A DNA stretch of 64,000 bases from Segatella copri (GCA_959596915.1 CAUFXJ010000010.1:34740-98739); one strand, 5' to 3'. Shown: positions 19,244 through 30,631, counted from the stretch's first letter. The notes: generated by a model not told the origin, from the letters alone. Numbers and translations: made by a program.

Positions 19244-20398
19244 TTAGTCTTCAAATCGTTTGCCGTTTTCGTAGGCTCCCTTGGCTGTAACCTGTCCGTT
19301 GCGGTCTTTTTCTACAAATCTTCCGTCACGCACATCGTTACGATAGGTTCCTTCGAAACGCTTACCGTTTTTATCTTCTTCTATGCAAGGTCCCTGGCGC
19401 TTACCTTTGTGATAGGCACCCTTGAATCTTCTGCCATCAGCATAATGAATCACGACATTACCATCAACTAGACCGTTCTTGAACTCACCTTCAAACACGT
19501 CGCCGTTCTTCTTGGTCAATTTGCCCCTGCCGTTCTGCAGATCATCCATCCAGTCGCCTACATAGATATCGCCATTCTTCCAGATGAAGGTACCCTGACC
19601 GGTACGCAGGCCATCCTTAAACTGTCCGTTATACTTGGCGCCCTTTGCAGAGCGGAAGATGCCTATACCCGTGCGTTCACCCTGCACATAATCGCCTTCA
19701 TAAATGTCGCCATTATGAAATTTATAGATACCCTTTCCGTCCTGGATATCATCCTTCCAGTCGCCGATATACACATCGCCATCAGCATATTTGAAAGTAC
19801 CTTTTCCTGAGCGCTGGTTGTCTAGCCACTGACCGTCATAAGTAGTTCCGTCTCCCCAGTTGAAGAAGCCGTTTCCATTCTTCATATCGTTCATCCACTG
19901 GCCTTTATACTGTGCGCCATTGGCATAAGTATAAACGCCGCGTCCCTGACGCTTGTCCTTATACCAGTCGCCGTCATATTTATCACCATTATAATAGAAC
20001 ATGACGCCATGACCATGCTGGTAATCGCGAAACCAGAGGCCTACATATTTGTTGTTGTTCTGGAAATAGTAGGTGCCTTTACCATGCTGTTGGTCCTGCA
20101 TCCACTGTCCCTCATACTTTTCGCCATCACTGAAGGTATAAACGCCATAACCTTCGCGCTTACCTTTCATATAAGAGCCTTCGTAGGTATCCCCATTCTT
20201 ATAGATGGTAGTACCTTTTCCCTGCGGCTTTCCGCTCACCATTTCGCCTTTAAACTGACCTCCGTCACGGGTGATGCAAGAGCCAAGCGAAATCTTCTGG
20301 GCTGTGGCATCAACCGATGCCATAGCCAAAGCCAAGGCAAGGAAAAAACACTTGCTCCGACAGGACAATTTGGTATGTTGTTTCTTATTGTATTTCAT
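19244..20398 (-). CDS. secreted MORN-repeat protein
   Basis: Signal peptide, then ~14 tandem YxGxWxxGxxxGxG MORN-like units. Confidence 0.8.
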   Translation of the reverse strand: MKYNKKQHTKLSCRSKCFFLALALAMASVDATAQKISLGSCITRDGGQFKGEMVSGKPQGKGTTIYKNGDTYEGSYMKGKREGYGVYTFSDGEKYEGQWMQDQQHGKGTYYFQNNNKYVGLWFRDYQHGHGVMFYYNGDKYDGDWYKDKRQGRGVYTYANGAQYKGQWMNDMKNGNGFFNWGDGTTYDGQWLDNQRSGKGTFKYADGDVYIGDWKDDIQDGKGIYKFHNGDIYEGDYVQGERTGIGIFRSAKGAKYNGQFKDGLRTGQGTFIWKNGDIYVGDWMDDLQNGRGKLTKKNGDVFEGEFKNGLVDGNVVIHYADGRRFKGAYHKGKRQGPCIEEDKNGKRFEGTYRNDVRDGRFVEKDRNGQVTAKGAYENGKRFED

Positions 20399-20595
20399 AT
20401 TCTACAGTTATAGTCTGACTTATCAATCTCCAAAATTACGGTTTTTTCCTCAAATAGCCAAATAGATTAAACAAATTTAAGGTAAAATCATGAAAATAGA
20501 TTTTTATCTGAAAAAATCTGCAGCTTGATACAATAAACAAACACAATTTTCGTTTTTACGAAAATCGAGAATAAAATCACTAAAACAGTAAAATT

Positions 20596-21303
20596 ATGAT
20601 TTTAAATTGCGCCATCATAGATGAAGATCCGGAAGCTTTGCAACTCCTGGAACAGTATATAGAGAAAACTCCGACCCTGCATTTGATCGGAGCCTACAAA
20701 AGTGCGATAGATGCTGTAGACGGCATCCATCACAACCATCTCGACATACTTTTTCTCGCCATCCACATGCAGCAGATCAGCGGTCTGGAATTTGCAAAGG
20801 TTGTACCCAAGAACGTGAAGATTGTCTTCACCACCGCATTCAAGGAGTATGCCATCGAAGCCTACAAAGTGAATGCATTCGACTATCTGCTCAAGCCCAT
20901 CACCTACGATGACTTTATGGGATCATGCCAGAAAGTCTTCGAAAGCTACATGCAGGACGATAACTACAACCCTATCAAGCGCGACGGTTTTCTGGTGGTA
21001 AAACGAGATTACAAATGCGTAAGAATCCCGATAGATGATATTCTGTTTGTTGACTGCGACAAAGACTACATCCGTTTCCATCTTGAGGGCAGGCCTAACA
21101 TCAGAACCCTGGGCAACCTCAAACAGTTGGAAGAAAGGCTGTCAAGAGAGAAATTCAAGCGTGTACACCGTTCGTTCCTTGCCAACATGACAAAGTTTGA
21201 TACGGTAGACCAGCAGCATATTACCTATGGCGACCAGAGCATTCCGATATCAGAAACCTACTTTGAATTTATCAAGAAATATCTGGAAGACCATTCTCTA
21301 TGA
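20596..21303 (+). CDS. LytTR-family two-component response regulator (orphan)
   Basis: N-terminal REC domain and C-terminal LytTR DNA-binding domain. No histidine kinase gene is adjacent. Confidence 0.8.
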   Translation: MILNCAIIDEDPEALQLLEQYIEKTPTLHLIGAYKSAIDAVDGIHHNHLDILFLAIHMQQISGLEFAKVVPKNVKIVFTTAFKEYAIEAYKVNAFDYLLKPITYDDFMGSCQKVFESYMQDDNYNPIKRDGFLVVKRDYKCVRIPIDDILFVDCDKDYIRFHLEGRPNIRTLGNLKQLEERLSREKFKRVHRSFLANMTKFDTVDQQHITYGDQSIPISETYFEFIKKYLEDHSL

Positions 21304-21334
21304 TGGTCTTCCAGATAGTTTTATCCTACCTTTC

Positions 21335-22750
21335 TTATAATATCTGCAAGGGTGATGATACCAGGATAGAAGCTCCATGCGCCAACAGAAAATCGTGATC
21401 TCTGAATCCCCACAGCACTGAGATACAAGGCATTCCGCTGTTCTTCGCCGTCATCACATCCACATCGCTGTCGCCGATATAAACCGCCCTGTCTCTATTC
21501 GCATGCAGTTGGCGCAAGGCTTCGTTTACGGTATCAGGAGCCGGTTTTTTCTTGATATTCTCCCGCTCTCCTATCGCCACATCTACCAGGTCGCCGAAGA
21601 AATGGCGGCAGATTTCCTGGGTAGCTGCATAAAATTTGTTGCTTACCACCGCAATGTTCTTTCCCCTATTCTTCAGTTCCTCCAGCATCTCCATCACGTC
21701 CGGATAAGGTTTCGTATTATCCATATTGTGCACCATATAATGCTGGCGGAAATCCTGCAGGGTTTTCTCAAACTTCTCGTTCTCCAATCCTCCCGGCACG
21801 GCACGCTCCATAAGTTTCTTCACCCCGTTTCCTACAAACATGCGTACCTCCTCCAGCGTACGTTCAGGCATCCCGTTCAGCTTCAGCGCATAATTGCAGC
21901 TTGCAGCCAGGTCGTGGAGAGAAGAAATCAGGGTTCCGTCAAGATCGAAGATATAGGTATCGAAATTGAACTGGGCATGAACCGGCACCCTCTTGATGCG
22001 GAACTCACCGCCGTGTAACACATAAACATCCTGATGGTATACGCGGATTTCACCCTGAGGAGTTCCCTGTCCACCAGCCTGTTCATTACCCGAAATGCCA
22101 AAGATTCTGTTATCCCCAAATTCCCATCTCTTCAGTTTCTGGGTCTGTGCATCAATCACCACATATTTATATTCTATCGGCTCATCGATAGCCTGCACAT
22201 TCACAGATATTTCCCAGTCCTTGCCATGATTGTTCTGCATCTTCAGAAAATGAGCCGGATTCCATTTGCCCAGCGTAGGATGATTTCCCAACAGAGCTAC
22301 AGCCTCACCCTCATAGAGTTTCGGGGCATGAATCTTGAAGATGATAGTACGGTCGAAGAGAGGCAGACGCGCTGGCTTGACATCAGTAAACTTTACCTGC
22401 TGCAATACGAAGGCATTTTTTTCCACGTAAGGATTATCCTCCTCCAGCCAATAGTCCTGAAAATAGAAATTCTTACTCTCATCAAAAACATATTGGCGGG
22501 CAGAAGCGAGCGATTCCCTACGCAGCACCTTTCCCTCAGCATCTTTCACGCAGTAGCAGTAAGCCACAGCTACGAAAGGATGATGGCGGTTCTGCCTTGA
22601 CGCCATTTCCACCTCCCAGTGATACCCGTCCCGGGTGGTCATCGGCAAGTCCATCGTATCTTGATAGCCGTCAGCGGCGGCAAAAGTTAATTCTACATGC
22701 AGGGCATGACCCCACTTGGCAGCATACGCTATCGAAAACTTCATTTTCAT
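21335..22750 (-). CDS. tandem CBM20-like starch-binding domains fused to a HAD-superfamily phosphatase domain
   Basis: Two ~100-aa modules with CBM20 hallmarks (..LLGNHPTLGKWNP..KYVVID). The C-terminal HAD motif I is FDLDGTL, motif III is K-x(n)-KP, and motif IV is GDSDVD. The start was chosen at MKMKFSIAY. Confidence 0.6.
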   Translation of the reverse strand: MKMKFSIAYAAKWGHALHVELTFAAADGYQDTMDLPMTTRDGYHWEVEMASRQNRHHPFVAVAYCYCVKDAEGKVLRRESLASARQYVFDESKNFYFQDYWLEEDNPYVEKNAFVLQQVKFTDVKPARLPLFDRTIIFKIHAPKLYEGEAVALLGNHPTLGKWNPAHFLKMQNNHGKDWEISVNVQAIDEPIEYKYVVIDAQTQKLKRWEFGDNRIFGISGNEQAGGQGTPQGEIRVYHQDVYVLHGGEFRIKRVPVHAQFNFDTYIFDLDGTLISSLHDLAASCNYALKLNGMPERTLEEVRMFVGNGVKKLMERAVPGGLENEKFEKTLQDFRQHYMVHNMDNTKPYPDVMEMLEELKNRGKNIAVVSNKFYAATQEICRHFFGDLVDVAIGERENIKKKPAPDTVNEALRQLHANRDRAVYIGDSDVDVMTAKNSGMPCISVLWGFRDHDFLLAHGASILVSSPLQIL

Positions 22751-22941
22751 AATCCTTTTATAATAATGTGCCCGAAAGCACCGATACACATGTTGATTCT
22801 CAATGTCAAGTGCAAAGGTAACAAAAAAGCAGACACAACGGATAAAGAAAGATGACAATTAACCTATTTTAAATTCCTATACTTTGCTATTTCCCATTTT
22901 TACTGTACTTTTGCACCCGAAAAATAACAAACAAGAAGAAT

Positions 22942-23994
22942 ATGAAAAAGAAAAAATCATTTTCTAAGCTCTATCTGTATGGTGCTATAGGCTGCATCGC
23001 AGTCATCGCCATCGTGGGCTACATCTATTGTTTCTCTTCCTTCTCGAAGAGCAGCAACACCGAGTATGTTTACATCGACAACGATGATAACATCGACTCT
23101 GTATACAACAAGCTCCGCCCATTTGCCAAGAGCATTCCGTTCCAGGCATTCAAGACCCTGACCCTCCATTCCGGCTATGCCGATCATATCCGCACCGGCA
23201 GATACGCCATTGCTCCGGGCGATGGTGCCCTCAAGACATGGCGCCACATGAAGAACGGTTTGCAGGAACCGGTTAGCCTAACCATCCCTTCGGTCCGCAC
23301 GCTCGACAAACTCTCTGATGAGATTGGCAAGAAGATGATGTTTGGCAGCAACGACCTCTACCATGCCCTGCGCGACGAGAGCGTCTGTCAGAAATACGGT
23401 TACGATACTGCCACCATCGCCTGCATGTTCGTACCTAACACCTACGATCTCTACTGGAACATCTCGGTAGATAAATTTCTGGAGCGCATGAAGAAAGAAA
23501 GCGACAAGTTCTGGAACTTTGAGCGTACCGAAAAGGCAAAGGCTATGAAGCTGACACCGGTTGAGATTATCACCCTTGCCAGCATCGTGGACGAAGAAAC
23601 AGCCAACAACGGCGAGAAACCGATGATAGCCGGCATGTATTATAACCGTCTGAAGCTTCGCAATGCCGAATATCCAGAGGGAATGCCATTGCAGGCCGAT
23701 CCTACCATTAAATATGCGTGGCAGCGATTCGACCTCAAGCGCATCTACAACAACCTCCTGTCTATCAAGAGCCCGTATAATACCTACAAGAACCCAGGTT
23801 TGCCACCGGGGCCTATCCGTATTCCGAGCGTAGCAGGTATTGATGCCGTCCTCAACCATGTGCATCACGATTACCTCTACATGTGTGCCAAGGAGGATTT
23901 CAGCGGCACTCATAATTTTGCCCGCACTTACGATGAGCACCTGCAGAATGCAGCCAAATATTCTAAGGCACTCAACGAAAGAGGTATCAAGTAA
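22942..23994 (+). CDS. mltG: endolytic murein transglycosylase MltG (YceG-like)
   Basis: N-terminal TM anchor, YceG-family motifs (LASIVDEETA) and ~350 aa. Confidence 0.8.
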   Translation: MKKKKSFSKLYLYGAIGCIAVIAIVGYIYCFSSFSKSSNTEYVYIDNDDNIDSVYNKLRPFAKSIPFQAFKTLTLHSGYADHIRTGRYAIAPGDGALKTWRHMKNGLQEPVSLTIPSVRTLDKLSDEIGKKMMFGSNDLYHALRDESVCQKYGYDTATIACMFVPNTYDLYWNISVDKFLERMKKESDKFWNFERTEKAKAMKLTPVEIITLASIVDEETANNGEKPMIAGMYYNRLKLRNAEYPEGMPLQADPTIKYAWQRFDLKRIYNNLLSIKSPYNTYKNPGLPPGPIRIPSVAGIDAVLNHVHHDYLYMCAKEDFSGTHNFARTYDEHLQNAAKYSKALNERGIK

Positions 23995-24102
23995 GATAAG
24001 GAAACAAGAAAGGTAAAAATGAGTCAGAAAACTTGCAAAGCGTTAGAGATTTTACAAGTTTTCTGACTTTTTATTTGGTAGTCTAACAAAATAGTTGTAA
24101 AT

Positions 24103-24417
24103 TTGCAGCCGAAAACTTACCAATTTAAAATAAGGAATAAATACATGAACAGAACGATTATTACAGTAGTGGGCAAGGATACCGTTGGTATCATCGCCAA
24201 GGTATGTACCTATTTGGCAGAGAATAGTATCAACATCTTGGATATCTCTCAGACCATCGTACAGGAGTATTTCAACATGATGATGATCGTAGACATGGGC
24301 AAGATGCAGAAAACTTTCGAGGAAGTAGCCGATGAACTCACCAATGTTGGTAAGGCTATGGGCGTGCAGATCAAATGCCAGCGCGAGGAAATTTTCAATA
24401 TGATGCACAGAATTTAA
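24103..24417 (+). CDS. ACT domain-containing protein (UPF0237)
   Basis: ~90 aa ACT fold (IITVVGKDTVGIIAKV). Conserved partner of the UPF0210 gene. Confidence 0.75.
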   Translation: MQPKTYQFKIRNKYMNRTIITVVGKDTVGIIAKVCTYLAENSINILDISQTIVQEYFNMMMIVDMGKMQKTFEEVADELTNVGKAMGVQIKCQREEIFNMMHRI

Positions 24418-24429
24418 AAAGCAAACAAT

Positions 24430-25794
24430 ATGATCAATATATCTGAGGTTATCGAAACCAATAAGATGATAGAGCAGGAGAATTTCGATGTGCGTACCAT
24501 CACCATGGGTATCAACCTTTTGGATTGCGCATCTACCGATCTCGATGAGCTCTGTCAGAACATTCATAATAAGATTACACGTCTGGCAAAGAACCTTGTG
24601 AAGACCGGCGAAGAAATCTCCAAGGAGTTTGGTGTGCCTATCGTCAACAAGCGTATCTCCATCACTCCTATCTCGCTGGTAGGCGGTTCTGCCTGCAAGA
24701 CTACCGACGATTACGTGAAGATTGCAAAGACCCTCGACCAGTGTGCCAAGGAGCTCGGTGTCAACTTCCTGGGCGGCTATTCTGCCATCGTAAGCAAGGG
24801 TATGAGCAAGAGCGATGAGCTCCTTATCCGTTCTATCCCTCAGGCGATGGCACAGACCGATTTCGTCTGCAGCTCAGTCAATGTGGGTTCTACCAAGACA
24901 GGTATCAACATGGATGCAGTCCGCCTGATGGGCGAAATCGTTAAGGATACAGCCGAGGCAACCAAGGACAGAGGTTCTCTAGGTTGCGCTAAGCTCGTTG
25001 TTCTCTGCAATGCGCCAGACGACAATCCGTTCATGGCTGGTGCCTTCCATGGTGTTTCAGAGGCCGATGCGGTAGTGAGTGTCGGTGTCAGCGGTCCTGG
25101 CGTTGTAAAGTATGCATTGGAGAAGGTAAAGGGCGAAAGCTTCGAGGTTCTTTGCGAAACCATCAAGCGCACCGCCTTCAAGATTACCCGTGTAGGTCAG
25201 TTGGTAGCCAAGGAGGCTTCACGCCGTCTGAACGTACCTTTCGGCATCATCGACCTTTCATTGGCTCCTACCCCAGCTATCGGTGATAGTGTAGCCGATA
25301 TTCTCGAGCTCATCGGTCTTGAGCATGCCGGTGCTCCTGGTACCACAGCAGCTCTTGCACTCCTGAACGATCAGGTTAAGAAGGGCGGTATCATGGCTTC
25401 TTCTTATGTAGGTGGTTTGAGCGGTGCCTTCATCCCTGTCAGCGAAGACCAGGGTATGATCAACGCTGTAGAGGCTGGTGCGCTGACCATCGAGAAGCTT
25501 GAGGCGATGACTTGTGTCTGCTCAGTAGGTTTGGATATGATTGCCATCCCTGGCGATACTCCAGCCACCACCATTTCCGGTGTCATTGCCGACGAGGCTG
25601 CCATCGGTATGGTTAACCAGAAGACTACTGCCGTACGTATCATCCCAGTTGTGGGCATGAAGGTAGGCGACAATGTAGATTTTGGCGGTTTGCTCGGTCA
25701 TGCTCCAATCATGCCTGTAAACCCATTCAGTTGCGAGGCATTCGTAAACCGTGCCGGTCGTATTCCGGCTCCAATCCACAGTTTCAAGAATTAA
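24430..25794 (+). CDS. UPF0210 / PFL-like (DUF711) family protein
   Basis: Family-typical length (~454 aa) and conserved N-terminus (..[13 protein letters not shown]..). Confidence 0.75.
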   Translation: MINISEVIETNKMIEQENFDVRTITMGINLLDCASTDLDELCQNIHNKITRLAKNLVKTGEEISKEFGVPIVNKRISITPISLVGGSACKTTDDYVKIAKTLDQCAKELGVNFLGGYSAIVSKGMSKSDELLIRSIPQAMAQTDFVCSSVNVGSTKTGINMDAVRLMGEIVKDTAEATKDRGSLGCAKLVVLCNAPDDNPFMAGAFHGVSEADAVVSVGVSGPGVVKYALEKVKGESFEVLCETIKRTAFKITRVGQLVAKEASRRLNVPFGIIDLSLAPTPAIGDSVADILELIGLEHAGAPGTTAALALLNDQVKKGGIMASSYVGGLSGAFIPVSEDQGMINAVEAGALTIEKLEAMTCVCSVGLDMIAIPGDTPATTISGVIADEAAIGMVNQKTTAVRIIPVVGMKVGDNVDFGGLLGHAPIMPVNPFSCEAFVNRAGRIPAPIHSFKN

Positions 25795-25816
25795 ACTTTT
25801 TTGATTCAAAATACCA

Positions 25817-25857
25817 ATCCCCCATCCTGCTTTCTCAAGCGGGCTGGGGGATTTTTT
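25817..25857 (+). terminator. terminator hairpin (aatcccccatcctgc..gcgggctgggggatt + T6)
   Basis: Imperfect inverted repeat plus T-run after the UPF0210 stop. Shares the arm 'cccccatcctgc' with the hairpin at 50288-50327. Confidence 0.65.
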
Positions 25858-26081
25858 CATTGTATAATCACTTATCTATCTTCTAAAGCTTCATCATGGC
25901 AAAACATAGGTGGATAGATACTCAGAAAAATCAACTACAGATATTTAAATCCAATCCTTAAATAAGACGGAAGCTCCCCCAAAAGTCAAAAGAATCGGGA
26001 AAAAGAAAAATAAAGGGTGAGACTTCTCCCACCCTTTATCTGATATTATAAAAAAGTTTGTCTAAAGTAAATTACAAACGT

Positions 26082-27569
26082 TTAAAGTTTTTTCATCTCT
26101 TCTTTCCATGCAGAATAAGCCTCGAGATAAGCAGAACGGTTAGCCTCATCAGGATCTATGACTGCAAGTTTCTTCAATGAAGCAAAAGCCTCATTATGAT
26201 CCTTATAGATACCGGCACCAATACCAGCACCCTTAGCAGCACCTGCACTACCATCTGTCTCATAAAGTTCGATAGTAGCACCACTCACACCCGCCAAGGT
26301 ATCTCGGAACAACGGACTGAGGAACATATTAGCCTTACCTGCATGAATATTCTTAATATCCATACCCATCTGCTGCATGATTTCCATTCCATAGCAGAAA
26401 CTGAAGACGATACCCTCTTGTGCTGCACGAACAATATGAGCACGATTATGCTTATTAAAGCTGATGCCACGAATAGAACAACCAACTTCCTTATTCTCTA
26501 ATACACGCTCAGCTCCATTACCAAATGGGATAATCTTAACACCATCACTACCTATTGGCACAGAAGCTGCAAGATCATTCATATCCGCATAGCTTACATC
26601 TGGAGTGATATTTCGATGAACCCACGCATTCAAGATACCAGTTCCATTGATACACAACAATACACCAAGACGGTCAAGGTCTGTAGTATAATTAGCATGA
26701 GCAAAAGTATTGACACGGCTCTTTGGATCATAGTTAACATCACCCAATACGCCATATACAACTCCTGATGTACCTGCAGTACTTGCAATTTCACCCGGAT
26801 TGAACACATTCAGACTCACAGCATTATTTGGCTGGTCACCCGCACGATAAGATATTGGTGTACCTTCTTTCAGACCAAGTTCTTCAGCTGCCGCTTTACT
26901 TACTACACTCTGTACAGAGAAAGTAGGAACAATATCAGCCAGAATGCTTTCATCGAAGCCAAAGTAATCAAGCAGGAATTTAGCAGGCTTTTTCTGGTTG
27001 AAGTCCCACATCATACCTTCAGAAAGACCACTGATAGTAGTCTTAACTTCACCTGAAAGTTTCATTGCCAGATAATCACCAGGAAGCATAATCTTATCAA
27101 TCTTATCAAACAGTTCCGGTTCATTATCCTTTACCCAAGCAAGTTTAGATGCAGTAAAGTTTCCAGGAGAATTGAGCAGATTACGCAAGCAGAAGTCCTC
27201 ACCTAAATCATGAAAAGCCTTCTCGCCATAAGGTACGGCACGAGAGTCGCACCAGATGATACTAGGACGCAAAACTTGCTGATTCTTATCAACACAAACC
27301 AAGCCATGCATCTGGTACGAGATACCAATAGCAAGGATATCTTCACCCTTGGCACCAGATTCTGCCATGATTTTCTTAAGCGCCAACTTAGCATTATCCC
27401 ACCACATCTGAGGATCCTGCTCTGCCCAACCGGTCTTTACAGCCATAATGGGTGCTTCATGATCCGGATAGAATGCAGAAGCTACGATTTCTCCATTGTC
27501 AACATCAGTAAGCGAAGCCTTTACAGAACTTGAGCCTACGTCAAAACCTAATAAATATCTACTAGCCAT
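26082..27569 (-). CDS. FGGY-family carbohydrate kinase (xylulokinase-like)
   Basis: N-terminal LGFDVGSSSVKA motif, FGGY N- and C-domains, ~495 aa. Confidence 0.75.
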   Translation of the reverse strand: MASRYLLGFDVGSSSVKASLTDVDNGEIVASAFYPDHEAPIMAVKTGWAEQDPQMWWDNAKLALKKIMAESGAKGEDILAIGISYQMHGLVCVDKNQQVLRPSIIWCDSRAVPYGEKAFHDLGEDFCLRNLLNSPGNFTASKLAWVKDNEPELFDKIDKIMLPGDYLAMKLSGEVKTTISGLSEGMMWDFNQKKPAKFLLDYFGFDESILADIVPTFSVQSVVSKAAAEELGLKEGTPISYRAGDQPNNAVSLNVFNPGEIASTAGTSGVVYGVLGDVNYDPKSRVNTFAHANYTTDLDRLGVLLCINGTGILNAWVHRNITPDVSYADMNDLAASVPIGSDGVKIIPFGNGAERVLENKEVGCSIRGISFNKHNRAHIVRAAQEGIVFSFCYGMEIMQQMGMDIKNIHAGKANMFLSPLFRDTLAGVSGATIELYETDGSAGAAKGAGIGAGIYKDHNEAFASLKKLAVIDPDEANRSAYLEAYSAWKEEMKKL

Positions 27570-27673
27570 AGTTTATTCGTTTATATGTTTATTGTTTAAC
27601 TTTTATCAGTTTTTATAAAGTCTACATATATTATACGAACATACTACAACATTCCCCTCATAAAAAAAATAAT

Positions 27674-28069
27674 TTAGAACATATTCTCATCAAAAAGACT
27701 TTGAGGAGCACTATCATCAGCCTTACTCTCTTCTTCATTACTATTTTCTAATACAGAAGAAGAAAAATTGAGCATCAGTTGCTGTACGGCCTTTGAATCA
27801 AAATTAACATGATATACACCATACCCCTTACCTTTTTCTATAAGCGATTGTGGGTCTTTAGCGCATCTGGTGAGATATTGTGTAACATAGCTATGAACAT
27901 CCTTGTAATTCAGAGGTGTAAAAATCGAATTACAGGAATTATATACATGACGAGCTATTTTTTCTACTTTCAACCCTTTTGCACCCGCAGCCAAAAGAAC
28001 ATTGAATATCTCCTGATCAAGTTTCATATAATAATCATAACATTCGTCCTCTTTCAAGAGAGAAGACAC
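27674..28069 (-). CDS. hypothetical protein
   Basis: ORF only, with no recognisable motif. Tightly linked to the downstream histone-like gene. Confidence 0.35.
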   Translation of the reverse strand: MSSLLKEDECYDYYMKLDQEIFNVLLAAGAKGLKVEKIARHVYNSCNSIFTPLNYKDVHSYVTQYLTRCAKDPQSLIEKGKGYGVYHVNFDSKAVQQLMLNFSSSVLENSNEEESKADDSAPQSLFDENMF

Positions 28070-28133
28070 AAAAAGAAAAAACCGCGGTTACTCACTTACA
28101 AGCAACCGCGGCTCTTTGAAAAATAAACCTTAT

Positions 28134-28430
28134 TTAAGCGAGAGCAACCTTGTTGTCCTCATCCTTAATCTTACCCTCTTTGAAGAGCCAACCGATACCA
28201 AGGATTACATCCTCTGTACTGATCTTAGCAGCCTTAGCAATTTCTGCTACTGTGAGAGCCTTTTCTGAAGCTGCCAATGCCTGATATACATCACCAGCTC
28301 TAAAACCTGCGTTCTCTGCGTTCAAGTAAAGAACGTCCTTCTTTGCTGCAGGAGCCTTCTTTGCTACTGGAGCCTTCTTTGCTGCTGGCTTCTTTGCAGC
28401 AGTCTTAGTTGTCGCTTTCTTTTCTACCAT
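28134..28430 (-). CDS. small histone-H1-like / winged-helix DNA-binding protein (Lys/Ala-rich N-tail)
   Basis: N-terminal AAKKPAAKKAPVAKK repeats plus a C-terminal ~60-aa wHTH-like globular domain. A convincing terminator hairpin (ccgcggtt..aaccgcgg + T6 on minus) sits at 28084-28120. Confidence 0.6.
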   Translation of the reverse strand: MVEKKATTKTAAKKPAAKKAPVAKKAPAAKKDVLYLNAENAGFRAGDVYQALAASEKALTVAEIAKAAKISTEDVILGIGWLFKEGKIKDEDNKVALA

Positions 28431-28699
28431 GTTTTAAGAATTTTATGATTCTATTGAGCCTCATTTCGTCAGCTCAACCTTAATATCTGCTGCAAATTTA
28501 TAACTTTTATTTCGAAATAGTGTTAGAAAAATAGAAAAAACTACTACTTATAAACAAAAGTGCTGCATTTCTTGATTTACGTCAAGAAGCGCAGCACTTT
28601 ATTTACTAAAAATCAATTACTTATTATAAATCATTGAATTTTTCTCAAGGCATTTTACGCATACTCTTTTATGGAGTGAATACCTTCGTTTCTCTATTT

Positions 28700-30460
28700 T
28701 TATTCAGCCTTCAAATCAAGTTTGATTTCCAATTCATCCAACTGCTTAGGGTCAAGTTCAGAAGGAGCATCGAGCATAACATCTCGACCTGAGTTGTTCT
28801 TTGGGAAGGCAATACAATCGCGAATACTGTCGAGACCAGCCATAATGCTGACGAAACGGTCCAAACCGAAAGCAAGACCTGCGTGAGGTGGTGCACCATA
28901 CTTGAAAGCATTCATCAAGAAACCGAACTGGGCCTCAGCACGTTCTGGAGTAAAGCCGAGAACCTCGAACATCTTCTCCTGCAACTGAGTATCATGGATA
29001 CGGAGAGAACCTCCACCTACTTCGATACCATTGCAAACAAAGTCGTATGCCTTGGCACGAACCTGCTCAGGATGCTCATCGAGCAATGGGATATCATCAG
29101 GATTTGGCATAGTGAATGGATGGTGCGTAGCCATCAGGCGCTGCTCCTCATCGCTCCACTCAAAGAGAGGGAAGTCAATAATCCAAAGACACTTGAATAC
29201 GTTCTTATCACGAAGACCAAGACGGTCACCCATTTCCAAACGCAAAGAGCAAAGTTGAATGCGTGTCTTGTTAGCATTATCACCGCTCAAAATCAAAACA
29301 AGGTCACCATCCTTGGCTCCCATTACGGTCTTGATTTCAGCAAGTTCCTCTGGAGAGTAGAACTTATCTATGCTACTCTTCACGGTACCATCTGCATTGT
29401 ACTTAATATAAACCAAGCCCTTGGCTCCAACCTGAGGACGCTTAACAAAATCGGTCAATTCGTTCAACTGCTTACGGCTATAATCAGCACAACCTGGAAC
29501 ACAGATACCGCCAATATACTTAGCCTCATCGAATACAGAGAAATTACCCTTACCTGTGAAAGCATCTTTCAACTCAACAAATTCCATACCGAAGCGCAAG
29601 TCTGGCTTATCGCTACCGAAACGGCGCATAGCATCGTGCCAGGTCATCTGCTCCAACTTAGGAAGTTCTACACCACGAATCTCCTTAAACAAATGGCGAG
29701 CCATTTCCTCGAAAAGGTTGATGACATCATCCTGATCAACAAAACTCATTTCACAGTCAACCTGTGTAAACTCTGGCTGACGGTCAGCACGAAGATCCTC
29801 ATCACGGAAGCACTTGGCAATCTGGAAATAGCGGTCGAAGCCAGCAACCATCAAAAGCTGCTTTAAAGTCTGAGGACTCTGTGGAAGAGCGTAGAACTGA
29901 CCTGGATTCATACGGGAAGGAACAACAAAGTCGCGGGCTCCCTCTGGTGTACTACCAATAAGAATTGGAGTTTCAACCTCCATGAAGTTCTGTGCATCGA
30001 GGAAGTTACGAATCAAGATGCACATACGATGACGCAACTCCAGATTTTTGCGCACTACAGGACGACGCAAATCAAGATAACGATACTTCATACGGATATC
30101 ATCACCACCATCAGTATTATCTTCGATAGTGAAAGGAGGGGTCTGACTCTGAGAGAGGACATTGAGTTCCTTCACCAGGATTTCGATGTCACCAGTATCC
30201 ATTTTAGGATTCTTGCTCTGTCGTTCACTTACTACACCCTTTATTTGAATGCAGAATTCACGACCTAGCTTGTTAGCTGCATCACACAAGTCTTTGTTAT
30301 CAGCCTCATTGAAGACCAACTGTGTGATACCATAACGGTCGCGCAAATCGACGAATGTCATACCACCCATCTTTCTTGAGCGCTGTACCCAACCGGCAAG
30401 TGTCACTTCCTTGCCGGCATCAGAGAGACGTAACTCTCCACACGTATTACTTCTGTACAT
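28700..30460 (-). CDS. aspS: aspartate--tRNA ligase
   Basis: OB-fold N-domain, class-II aaRS motifs 1-3 (..[16 protein letters not shown].., [16 protein letters not shown]), ~586 aa. Confidence 0.95.
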   Translation of the reverse strand: MYRSNTCGELRLSDAGKEVTLAGWVQRSRKMGGMTFVDLRDRYGITQLVFNEADNKDLCDAANKLGREFCIQIKGVVSERQSKNPKMDTGDIEILVKELNVLSQSQTPPFTIEDNTDGGDDIRMKYRYLDLRRPVVRKNLELRHRMCILIRNFLDAQNFMEVETPILIGSTPEGARDFVVPSRMNPGQFYALPQSPQTLKQLLMVAGFDRYFQIAKCFRDEDLRADRQPEFTQVDCEMSFVDQDDVINLFEEMARHLFKEIRGVELPKLEQMTWHDAMRRFGSDKPDLRFGMEFVELKDAFTGKGNFSVFDEAKYIGGICVPGCADYSRKQLNELTDFVKRPQVGAKGLVYIKYNADGTVKSSIDKFYSPEELAEIKTVMGAKDGDLVLILSGDNANKTRIQLCSLRLEMGDRLGLRDKNVFKCLWIIDFPLFEWSDEEQRLMATHHPFTMPNPDDIPLLDEHPEQVRAKAYDFVCNGIEVGGGSLRIHDTQLQEKMFEVLGFTPERAEAQFGFLMNAFKYGAPPHAGLAFGLDRFVSIMAGLDSIRDCIAFPKNNSGRDVMLDAPSELDPKQLDELEIKLDLKAE

Positions 30461-30631
30461 ACCTTATTATATTATATTATTATTTTCCAAAGTGCAAAAG
30501 TACAACAAATAACGGAAAGGACAAAATAAAATCGCGAAAATATTATTAAAAATATCTTCGCGACCCTATTAATGTGACCAAAAGTCACATAAATACATAT
30601 TAAATAGTTTTATCTCTACTTTTTTAGAGAT

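Noticed and set aside
24052-24567. 171-aa minus-strand ORF spanning ACT/UPF0210 genes
   Set aside because: Overlaps two well-conserved plus-strand genes in antisense and has no features.
28883-29866. 327-aa plus-strand ORF
   Set aside because: Antisense within aspS, whose identity is unambiguous.
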